53,843 nt of DNA, taken from NCBI RefSeq assembly GCF_004010195.1, contig NC_057720.1, forward strand, positions 28,104,315-28,158,157. Reading direction: 5' to 3'. The notes beneath the pieces were generated by a model, which ran no database searches, had not been told where the DNA came from, and was given only the letters and a program-made list of their open reading frames with translations. Source of the DNA: Chiloscyllium plagiosum. Lineage: Eukaryota. Positions 25,401 through 35,663 of the stretch are shown here, in pieces. Positions within the stretch are counted from its first letter, which is position 1. The number at the start of each line of letters is the position of its first letter. The position numbers and the translations under genes were made by a program.

Positions 25401-25970
25401 TTGTTAGCTTTTACTGGTAGAGGGATTGAGTTTTGGAACCACGAGATCATGCTGCAGCTGCACAAAACTCTGGTGCGGCCATGTTTGGAGTATTGCGTAC
25501 AGTTCTGGTCACCACATTATTGGAAGGATGTGGAAGCTTTGGAAAGGGTTCAGAGGAGAGTTACTAAGATGTTGCCTGGTATGGAGGGAAGGTCTTATGA
25601 GGAAAGGCTGAGGGATTTGAGGTTGTTTTCGTTAGACTGGAGAAGGTTGAGATCTAACTTAGTTGGGACATATAAGATAATCAGAAGGTTAGATATGTTG
25701 GATAGTCAGAGCTTTTTTCCTCAGGTGGTAATGGCTAGCACGAGGTGACAGATATAGGACAGATGTCAGAGGTATTTTCTTTACTCGGAGAGTAGTAGGG
25801 GCATGGAATACACTGCTTGCAACAATAGTAGACTCACCAACTTTCAGGGCGTTTAAATGATCATTGGAAAAGCATATGGATGAGAATGGAATAGTGTAGG
25901 TTAGATTGGTTCCAAAGGGCCACGCAACATTGAGGGCAAAGAGCCTGTACTGCGTGGTAATGTTCTATTA
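22485..25970 (+). mobile_element. Near full-length CR1 LINE (ORF1 esterase C-terminal half, ORF2 EN and RT, 3' UTR), inactivated
   Basis: ORF1 EQSQVMVHIGTNDIG and DLYKRDGFYLN. EN motifs CVYFNTRS, SETW, MGDFNFPNIDW. RT motifs through VDDTK. Many stops. Confidence 0.93.
23672..23820 (+). mobile_element. Short CR1 3' UTR insertion within the CR1
   Basis: CACAGGTCGGCGCAACATCGAGGCCGAAGGGC...TGTTCTATGTTCTA tail, like the reverse complement of 40250-40330. Confidence 0.8.
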
Positions 25971-26337
25971 ATGGATTCCTAACTCAGCCATAAATGAATG
26001 ATGTGTACTGTACATATTTGCTAATATCTTGGAAGAATAATAGAGTAAGTCATGATTTTTGATTTTTATTTTGAGCCGGAGACCATATTTGCTCAACTAT
26101 GAGATTTGTAATGTCACATTTTCTTTGGGACATAGTATTTTATGTCTGTATTGATGTTATTTAAGTCTGTTTATATTAACATGCTAAACAGTTGCTGGGT
26201 CTGTGAACATTGAAACTGCATTTTGTCTCCTAACTTGTGCTGCCCTTTGGAACTGGATTAAAACTATGTTTATTCATCTTCAAATCATTTACCAGGCATC
26301 AGAGAGAAGATCCAATCTCTGCCTGGATTGTAATTGT

Positions 26338-27360
26338 GCCATAGAGTCATAAAGTATGGATACAGACCCTTCAGTCCAACTCATCTACGCCAATCATGTT
26401 CCCAAACTAAATTAGTCCCACTTGTCTGTATTTGCAAATACTTATCTAAATGTCTTTTAGATGTTGTAATTCTATCTGAATCCACCACTTCCCCAACAGC
26501 TTATTCTATATATGAACCAGAGGGCGGACTGGTGGCTGAGTGGTTAACACTGCTGCCTCACAGCGGTAGGGACCCAGGTTCAATTCCCACCTTGGGCGAC
26601 TGTCTGTCTGGAGCTTGCACATTCTTCCTCTGTCTGCGTGAGTTTCCTCTGGGTGCTTTGGTTTCTTCCCACAATCCAAAGATGTGCAGGTCAGGTGAAT
26701 TGGCCATGCTAAATTGCCCATATTGTTAGGTGCATTAGTCAGGGGTAAATGCAGGGGAATGGGTCTAGGTGAGTTACTTTTTGGAGGGTCAAGTGTGGGG
26801 TTGTTGGGCTGAGGGGCCTTTTCTCATACTGTAGGGAATTTAATCTATATAAAAAGAAATTTTCTCCTTAGGTCCTTTTTAAATCTTCCTCCTCTCACAT
26901 TAAAAATATGCCTCTTAGATTTGATCTCTCCCTACCTTAGGGAAAAGGCCCTTGACATTCACCTTAATTTTCCCCCCCATGATTTTAGAAACCTAGATAA
27001 CCTGAACTTCCTATATTCTAGTGAAAAAGTTCCAGCCCATCCAGCATACCCTTAAAACTCAAGCTTCCATTCCTGGTAGTGTTCTGTTAAATCTCTTCTG
27101 AACCCTCTCCAATTTATCAACATTCTTCCTATAGCAGGGCAACCATAACTGTATACACTACTCCAGAAGAGGCATCGTAACGTTCTGCACAACCTCAACA
27201 TGACATCCCAACTCCTGTACTCAAAAGTCTGATCAATAAAGGCAAGCATGCTAAATGCTTTCTTGACCACCCTGTCTAAATGTGACACAAATTTCAAAGA
27301 ATTATGTACCGAACCCCTAGGTCTCTCTGTTTGACAACATTATCCAACGTCCTTCCATTA
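26338..27360 (-). mobile_element. CR1 LINE 3' part (resumes at 29315-29540)
   Basis: Minus ORF LDRVVKKAFSMLAFI..EYRSWDVML; the continuation WSEEWQMEFNFGKCEVLHF lies beyond a nested CR1. Confidence 0.8.
26522..26846 (+). mobile_element. HE1 SINE, diverged
   Basis: GGTGGCTGAGTGGTTAACACTGCTGCCTCACAGC head, GGTTCAATTCC B box, V-domain and tail. Confidence 0.88.
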
Positions 27361-27364
27361 ATAA

Positions 27365-29312
27365 CATCAAAACATAGGAGCAGGAGTAGGCCATCCTATA
27401 GACTGCTCTGCCATTCAATAAGATCATGGCTGACCTGTTTGTGGGCTCAGCTCCGCTTACCCATCCACTCACCATAACCCTTAATTCCTTTACTTTCAAA
27501 AATCTATCTAACTTTGCCCAAAAAACATTCAACGAGATAGCCTCACCTATTTTAGGAGGCAGGGAATTCCACAGATTTGCAACCCTTTTGGGTGAAGAAG
27601 TTCCACCTCAACCCAGTCCTAAATCTGCCCTCCCTGAAGATTGGTTTCACCCGAAACATCGACTTCTCCACTTCCTGGTGCACCCCGGCTTGCCGTGTAT
27701 TTCCAGCCTCCTGCTTGACTACCTCTCTTATTTTGAAGCTATGCCCCCTGGTTTCACCTTCGGTGAAAACATCCTCCCCATTCAACTTTATCTATTCCCT
27801 TTGTAATTTTATATGTTTCTATAAGGTCCCCCCTCATTCTCTTAAATTCCAGTGAGTCTAGTCCCAGCTACTTAATTGCTCTTCATAAGTCAACCCTCTC
27901 AATTCCAGAATTGTGGCTTCACCAGCACCCGGTATAGCTCCCTATTATTAAACGCCATCCCTCTCGCAATGAAAGACAATATTCCATTTGCCTTCTTAAT
28001 TATATGCTGTACTTGTGAACCAAAGTTTTGTGATTCACGCATAAGTACACATAGATCCCTCCGCACAGCAGCATGCTGCAATTTTTCACCATTTAATTAA
28101 CAGTCCACTTCGCTGTTATTCCCACATTTACCAACTTTGGGCTCCATCTGCCAGACCCTTGCCCACTCACTTAACCTATACATATCCCACTGCAAACGTT
28201 TGGTGTCTTCTGCAGACTTTGGTCTACCACTCCTCTTAGTGTCATATACGAACTTTGATATATTACACTTGGTCTCCAACGCTGAATCATCCATGTGATG
28301 ATTCTATGTGATGATCAGTCCCAACACTGATTGCTGAGGCATACCACTAGGAACAGATTGCCAGCCAGAAAAACACCCATTTATCCTCTCTCTTTGCTTT
28401 TTGTTAGTTAACTAATCATCTATCAATGCAAGTACATTACCTGTAACGCTGTGCACCTTTATCTTATGCAGCAGCCTTTAGGGTGAGGCCTTTCAAATAC
28501 CCTGGAAATTCAGTTATACCACATCCACTGGTTTCCTGTTGTCACCGCCCTCATAATGTCCTCAAAGAATTCCAGTAAATTGGTTAAACATGATCTGCTT
28601 TTCATGAGCCCATGCTGCGTCTGCCCATTGGGACAATTTCTATCCAATGTCTTGCTATTTTTTTTTCTTGATTATAATTTCAAGCGTTTACCCCACTATA
28701 GAAGTTAAACTAATAGCCTATAGATACCTGTCTACTTCCTTTTATCAACAGTGGCGTCATATTTGCTGTTTTCTAATTGCTGGAGCTGCCCCAAAGACAC
28801 CGAATTTTAGGAAATTCCCTCACCACCTCTTTTAGTACCTTGGGATGCATTCCATCGGGGTCAGGAGACCTGTCTTCCTTTAGTTCCATCAGCTTGCTCA
28901 ACACTACCTCTTTTGTGATAATGATTGTTTTAGGTTCTCACCTGCCATACCCTCCTTGTCATCAATTATTGGCATGTTATTTGTATTTTCCACTGTGAAA
29001 ACTGATACAAAATACCTGTTCAATGTCTCAGCCATTTCCTCATTTCCCATTATTAAATCCCTCTTCTCATCCTCTAAAGAACTAGTGTTTACCTTAGCCG
29101 CTCTTTTTTATTTTACATATGTGTAGAAACCTTTACTACCTGTTTTTATATTCTGAGCTACTTTACTCTCATAATTCATCTTATTTTTCTTTATAGCTTT
29201 TCTCGTGGCTTTTTGTTGACCTTTAAAGATTTCCCAATCCCCTAGTTGCCCTGTAACCTTTACCATTTTGTATGCATTTGGTTTCAATTTGATATCTTCC
29301 TTTATTTCCTTA
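27365..29312 (-). mobile_element. CR1 LINE ORF2 and 3' UTR remnant nested in another CR1
   Basis: Minus ORFs KCNISKFVYDTK, IIKKANGILSFIARG and ETRGHSFKI. Confidence 0.85.
27632..27722 (+). mobile_element. Short PLE tail insertion starting at its HHR
   Basis: CTGAAGATTGGTTTCACCCGAAACATCGACTTCTCC...TTCCAGCCTCC interrupts contiguous CR1 sequence. Confidence 0.7.
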
Positions 29313-29977
29313 GTTTCCTTACTTGTATAAGTCCTGCCCTTGTTTGTTTTATTGAAATGCAATACCTCGCATTTACCAAAATTAAACTCCATCTGCCACT
29401 CCTCAGACCATTGACTCAATTGATCACGATCTCTTTGTAATGTTAGATAACTTTCTTCACTCTGCTATACTACCAATTTTACTGTCATCCACAAACTTAT
29501 TAACTATGTCTCCTAAATTCTCATAAATGACAAATAAAAGTTTGTCCTAATATTTGCCCTAATATTCCCGGAGGTAAAATTGTTTATTGACACTGCATTG
29601 CCATTGGTATTAATACAGCAAGACAAATTTCCTAATCGTTGTGTAGATTTCTAATTTATCTTGAATATACAAGGTCCAAGTTGTTTTGTTGCTATCCATA
29701 ATTAGGTTAATGCTGCTAAATTGACAGTAGTTGTTGCTTGCTTGTTTCAGTTTTCCAAAACTTGGAACTTTGACAATTACTGATTAGTGTTTTTCCTGTA
29801 CAGCTGTTCTGAACACTGTACAGTGGCGTCAATCCTATAAAGAATTGAATTGTGCAGTTCTTGGGATTGTTACTGCTGTACAAAGTTCTGAATAGTTAAA
29901 GCTCAACTGTCTGTGAAAATCACTAGCTGTTCGTGTTTGTTGATTTATTACTCTTTTAAAGCAGCAGTCTGAAAAAG

Positions 29978-30178
29978 CTTAAAAATGTGTTGCTGGAAAA
30001 GCGCCGTATGTCAGGCAGCATCAAAGGAACAGGAGAATCGACGTTTCGGGAATGAAGAAGGGCTTAAGCCCGAAACGTCAATTCTCCTGTTCCTTTGATG
30101 CTGCCTGACCTGCTGCGCTTTTCCAGCAACACATTTTTAAGCTCTGATCTCCAGCATCTGCAGTCCTCACTTTCTCCT
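29978..30178. mobile_element. Palindromic PLE-tail mini-insertion
   Basis: Inverted arms around ~30050; TSD AGCAGTCTGAAAAAG at 29963-29977 and 30179-30193. Confidence 0.9.
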
Positions 30179-30889
30179 AGCAGTCTGAAAAAGTCTGTTC
30201 ACCACCATATTACTACTTACTGCAGACCTGTATCTGATATATGGACTTAGTTATAATTCTTAGTCATTTCATAGGTATAGCAATAAATGAAAATATCTGT
30301 GCGTGCGTTTTTAATAGTTTTTCCTTAATAGAACTGATCAAATAGTGAATGGATTTTGCTTGTTTGAATACAGTCTTGTGGATGACTTGAGGGTGGGAAG
30401 ATGGGATCCACTTCAGTAAAATAACCTGTACGATATTTGGTTTTATTTGTACATAATGAAGGCATGGTGGTGATTCAAGGAAAAAGTCATAGTCCTGTCT
30501 CCAAAGTCTTGTCCACATCAAAGAAAATACATTTTAAGTATTTTTTGTAATATTTCTAAAGTAGGATTCAGTACTTTGAGGAATAGACAGAAAAGGTGGA
30601 AGAGGAAGTGATGCAGTATGCCGACTGTAAATACAAATATGTTGTATTAGACATGAGGCTGTATGTGAAGCTGTCATTGTGCCATCATATCTGCTACTCA
30701 CTGTGTTTCATGCATTAACTTACAGCAAATCAGCTGACCTTACACTATGATGCGAGGTATGGCCAATTAGATATTTATATGACACTTGCTGAATGTTATG
30801 CATCATATGCAAAAGAGTGAAGTCAAAATTGGAAGCTGACAGTCAGGATGCAAGCTGTTCCTGAAACACAATGCTTGTTTCCCCTGTAG

Positions 30890-30934
30890 GAAGGAGGGGA
30901 TGCTAACAGTGGGTCTGATCGAAATGCAGAAGAG
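30890..30934 (+). CDS. Candidate 45-nt cassette exon of an unidentified host gene (GC donor)
   Basis: TGCTTGTTTCCCCTGTAG|GAAGGA...GAAGAG|GCAAGC; frame-preserving and open in two frames (EGGDANSGSDRNAEE or KEGMLTVGLIEMQK); repeat-free flanks. Confidence 0.3.
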
Positions 30935-32067
30935 GCAAGCTGGCTGATTTTACTGAATGGCACTCATTCAGAATATTATTTTTAATTGAATTGAATTTCC
31001 TCTTCAGTGACAATTGGAAATGAATCTTGTGCATTGTCAGCATTATATTCTGCATGAATCCTTTGTGTACTGTGATTCCCTTCCTGTCTTCATATCAGAA
31101 TTTTCGAAGTTGTTGAGTTAGGTGCCATGTTCGCTGCTTGTGATCCCTTTAATATATTGAGGTTTATGAACTAAATAATCACAAACTGTAAATATTTCAG
31201 TCCCTTCTGATTTAATCATTGAATTTTAGTATGCTTTTTAAACTCCGTGACAAAGTTGAACAGATGTTCATTGTGATTTATGACCAAAGTATTTGAGGAA
31301 TTCAGAAACTAAAAAGTTGCTTGACATTGACTTATTTCATTAAGGCCTTGCAAGCACAAACAAGACAAACTTGGGCAAAATTGGGTTGAAGAGAAAAGAG
31401 TTGCTCAGTGATGGCTGTATTGTCTCCAGAGATTTCAGACTTGAAGGTGTGTCTGGATATATCATGAGATCTGAATTCTTCAATGTCATCTACCTGACTG
31501 AGTCCGTTTCATGTTAGGCACCATTGCCTACTGGACCTGAAGTGCATTCATGTGAGCTGTCATTATTTGCCTGAACCCTTGAGCACTTAGAGCCAATCAT
31601 TTGCCATCTTTATCAGTTTTTCATCTGTATGCTTATGATTGGCATAAGCAAGGATGCATAATTGAAATATTAACATTTTAATATCCCTGTGATACAGTGT
31701 GCATCAAATTTGAGAGATATTCTCTGTTGACACAAGTTTGGAATGGACTCCGTATGCTGTGAATGGATCCATGTACAAGACTGCAGAACTCTTTCCACAT
31801 TTCTGGGATTGAATTGTTTGTGTTTGGCACAGTCTGTTTGCACCACTCCTGACACTGAATAATCCATCCGATTGAGAATGGAAGAAACTTGTTATTCTTT
31901 TCTTATGCTCAAATAGTAGTGCTTATTGCTATAAATTTATATTTTGCCTGACAGAATTTTGGGATCTCAAACTCAAGTGACTGTTAGCTTGCAACTGTTC
32001 CACGAAGGCCTCTTGAGGACATAATAGGCAGAATTTCTGGGGTCATCAGAGAGCCCAAATAATGAGT

Positions 32068-32180
32068 ATAGGGAGAAGTTACTGCAGATACTGGAACCTG
32101 TACTGAAAACAAGAAGTGCTGGAAATCAGGCAGCATCCTTAGACAAAGAGCAAGCTAACATTTCAAATCTAGATGACTCT
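32068..32180 (-). mobile_element. Old PLE-derived tail
   Basis: CTGCAGATACTGGAACCTGTACTGAAAACAAGAAGTGCTGGAAATCAGGCAGCATC, homologous to 5136-5260. Confidence 0.55.
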
Positions 32181-33172
32181 GTACAAGCCTATGATATACG
32201 CTGTCTCCCTTCCTTCATGGTCTCCTTCCTGTTATGTAGGACTGCAGTCTAGAACCAACAGATTCTGCATCATTCTCCTGCATTCAGCAGTTACACTGGA
32301 GAAGTGGTTTGAGCCCAAACAATATTGATGTAGCTGATATTCCCATTAATTATCCAATAGTACAAGCGAGGTATTAGATGCAAGATCAGTGAATGCAATA
32401 TTAATTGGGTGAAGGAGAGTCTTGTGACCTTGTCTCTTGAGCTAAGAATTGTCTTCTTAAAGTGTAAAGAACAAATTCAATGACTTTCAGGCACAGATTC
32501 AAATTGAAAACTGTGGTAAAATAACCATTATGGAGACAAGGCTGTGGAATGGTCAGGACTGGGAACTATACAGGTAAGATAGAGAAGACAGCAGAGAATG
32601 GAGTAACATTACTGATTAGAAACAAAATCTATGGTGAGGAAAGATGTAATGTGGGAAAGCATCCAGTGGAGACCTTTGGGTGGAACTGAGGAAACGTAAA
32701 AGAACTAAAACCCACAAAAAGGTGTCATGCATAGAGCACCTGGTGGTAGCTCAGAAGTGCTAGATTGTATAGGTGCTGAAATGAGGCAAATATGTAACAA
32801 AGACAGTAGTATAAATGGGGCATTTTAATCTTAACATAGATTAGGAGAGACAGACAACCACCTCCCAGAAAGGTTGTGAATTTCTAGAGTGTATCCAGGA
32901 TAGCTTCCTATGGTAATATATCTTGACTATGATGAGGACAAGCAATATTGAATATAGTAATAAGCAATGAGCCTGATTTAATTAATGGCCTTGTTAGTCA
33001 TGAACATTTCTCAAAATAAGTGATCATAACATGATTGAATTTCATGTAGCATTTGTAAGAGGTAAGCAAAGATCACATACTAGAATTTTGAATTTAACTA
33101 AGGCAGACGACAATGGGATGAGGCAGAGATTGTCCGCAGTAAACTGACTAGTTCTGCTAATAGGTAAAACAA

Positions 33173-33365
33173 GGTCGAAACTTTATTGCTGGAACAGCAC
33201 AGCAGGTCAGGCAGCATCCAGGGAACAGGAGATTCGACGTTTCGGGCACAGGCCTGTGCCCGAAACGTCGAATCTCCTGTTCCCTGGATGCTGCCTGACC
33301 TGCTGTGCTGTTCCAGCAATAAAGTTTCAACTTTGATCTCCAGCATCTGCAGACCTCACTTTCTC
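33173..33365. mobile_element. Palindromic PLE-tail mini-insertion with a perfect 152-bp palindrome
   Basis: 33177-33328 is a spacerless perfect palindrome; TSD CTAATAGGTAAAACAA at 33157-33172 and 33366-33381. Confidence 0.93.
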
Positions 33366-33451
33366 CTAATAGGTAAAACAACCCAGGAACAGTGGAGAGT
33401 GTTCATAGAAACGTTTATTCAGAAGCGGTTTGCAAGAAGGAAAAGCTCCAC

Positions 33452-33578
33452 ATGAATAGGAAAGGTTTGGAGGGGTACGGGCCAGGAGCAGGCAAGTGGG
33501 ACTAGTTTAGTTTGGGATTATGTTCGGCATGGATTGGTTGGACCGAAGGGTCGGTTTCCATGTTGTATGACTTTATGA
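33452..33578 (+). mobile_element. CR1 3' UTR fragment
   Basis: GAATAGGAAAGGTTTGGAGGG...GGACCGAAGGGTC...TATGACTTTATGA tail. Confidence 0.8.
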
Positions 33579-33727
33579 ATCTCAACCAAACAGCTAGGGA
33601 AGTAAGGGACTGTGTAAAATTAGAAGAAAGGGCTCATAAAAATGTAATGAACAGTACAGATCTCATAGAATGGGACAAATACAAAAACCAACATAGGGCC
33701 ATGAAGCGGCTTATAAGAGCAGCTAAA

Positions 33728-34345
33728 TAGAGTCATAGAACACGGTCGAACTAGTCCATGCTGACCAAGTTTCCCAAACTAAACTAGTCCCACTTGCCTA
33801 TATTTGGCCCATATCCCTCTAAACCTTTTCTTTCGTGTACCTATCCAAATGTCTTTTAAATGTTATATCTGTAACTGCATCTACCACTTCCTCTGGCAGT
33901 TCATTCTATCCTCTGTATGAAAACATTGCCCCTCAGGTCCCTTTTAAACCTATGCCCCCTAGTTTTGAACTCACCCCACTGTAGGGAAAATACCTTTGCT
34001 ATTCACCTTATCTGTGCCCCATGATTTTATAAACTTCTATAAGTTCTCAACTTCCTACACTCCAGTGAAAAATTACCTAGCCTCTCCAGCTTTACCTTTA
34101 TAACTCAAGCCCTCCAGTCTCCGCAACATCTTGGTAAATCTTTTCTGAACCCTGCCCAATTTATTAATATTCTTCCCATAGCATGGCGACCAGAACTATA
34201 CGCAGTGCTCCAAAAGTGATCTAACCAATGTCCTGTGAAACCTCAGCATGACATACCTACTCCTGTATTTGAAGAGTTGAAGCAATGAAGGCAAGTGTGC
34301 TAAGCACCTTCTGAAGCACCCTATCCACCTGTGAGGCAACTTTTA
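33728..34345 (-). mobile_element. CR1 3' fragment
   Basis: AGAGTCATAG tail, then CCCACTTGCC, CCAGAACTATACGCAGTGCTCC (LEHCV*FWS on minus). Confidence 0.85.
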
Positions 34346-35164
34346 AAATGAAACTTACAATGTAATGAAAGACAATAAGAAAAGATTTTATAGTTGTATA
34401 AAGGGAAAGTGGCTGGTTAAGAGTACTATTGGCTCACTGAAGCCTGAGAGTGGGGATATTGTCAATGATCATGGGTAAATGGCAGACATGCTGAATAGTT
34501 TGCTTTAGTAATCACAGCAGAAAAGGAGGATAGCTCACCAGAATGTCCCAAAGAAAATAAGAGTATCAGGGGCAGAGTCTAATCAAAATTAGCTTAAATC
34601 ATCAATAATGGGGAAATTATTGGAGAGTGACAAATCTCTGGGATCTCATAGTTTCTATCCACAGATGTTCAAGGATATAGGATAGCACATTGCCAATACC
34701 CTAACCATAATCTCAGTTTCCTGGATTTAGGAATTATACCTCTGGATTGGAAATTTACTCATGTAACTCACTTTTTAAGAAAGGTGACATGGGAAAACCA
34801 GAGAATTACTGACCAGTTAGCCTGACATCTGGTGAGGAACTTGTTGGAGTCTATAATCAAGGATAAGATGAACTGATCACCTCAAACAATTTCACTTAAT
34901 CAGGCAGAGTCAGCATAGGTTTATAAAAGCACTCCAACGCCATCTCGTCCACATCCCGCACTTCCGCCCTCAGACCCCACCCCTCCAACCGTAACAAGGA
35001 CAGAACACCCCTGGTGCTCACCTTCCACCCTACCAACCTTCGCATAAACCAAATCATCCGCCGACATTTGCGTCACATCCAAACAGACCCCATCACCAGG
35101 GATATATTTCTCTCCCCACCCTTTTCCACCCTTCGCAAAGACCGTTCCCTCCGTGACTACCTGG

Positions 35165-35340
35165 NNNNNNNNNNNNNNNNNNNNNNNNNNNNNNNNNNNN
35201 NNNNNNNNNNNNNNNNNNNNNNNNNNNNNNNNNNNNNNNNNNNNNNNNNNNNNNNNNNNNNNNNNNNNNNNNNNNNNNNNNNNNNNNNNNNNNNNNNNNN
35301 NNNNNNNNNNNNNNNNNNNNNNNNNNNNNNNNNNNNNNNN
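35165..35340. other. Assembly gap or masked run (N)
   Basis: Run of N inside the PLE. Confidence 0.99.
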
Positions 35341-35631
35341 GCCTCGGAGCACTTCAACCCCAGGGCATCAATGTGGACTCCAGCAGTTTCCTCATTTCCC
35401 CTTCCCCCACCTCACTCTAGTTCCAAACTTCCAGCTCAGCACTGTCCCCATGACTTGTCCGGACTTGTCCTACCTGCCTATCTCCTTTTCAACCTATCCA
35501 CTCCACCCTCTCCTCCCTGACCGATCACCTTCATCCCCTACCCCACTCACCTATTTTACTCTATGCTACTTTCTCCCCACCCCCACTCTCCTCTAGCTTA
35601 TCTCTCCACGCTTCAGGCTCTCTGCCTTTAT

Positions 35632-35663
35632 TCCTGATGAAGGGCTTTTGCCCGAAACGTCGA
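35632..35663 (+). ncRNA. Minimal type-I hammerhead ribozyme of the Neptune-type PLE
   Basis: TC-CTGATGA-A-GGGC TTTT GCCC-GAAAC-GTC-GA: complete core, 4-bp stem II, ACGT palindromic helix III, very short stem I. Confidence 0.85.

Noticed and set aside
31670..31870. Two overlapping open minus-strand frames in unique DNA
   Set aside because: No convincing splice sites or recognisable motif; compatible with chance.
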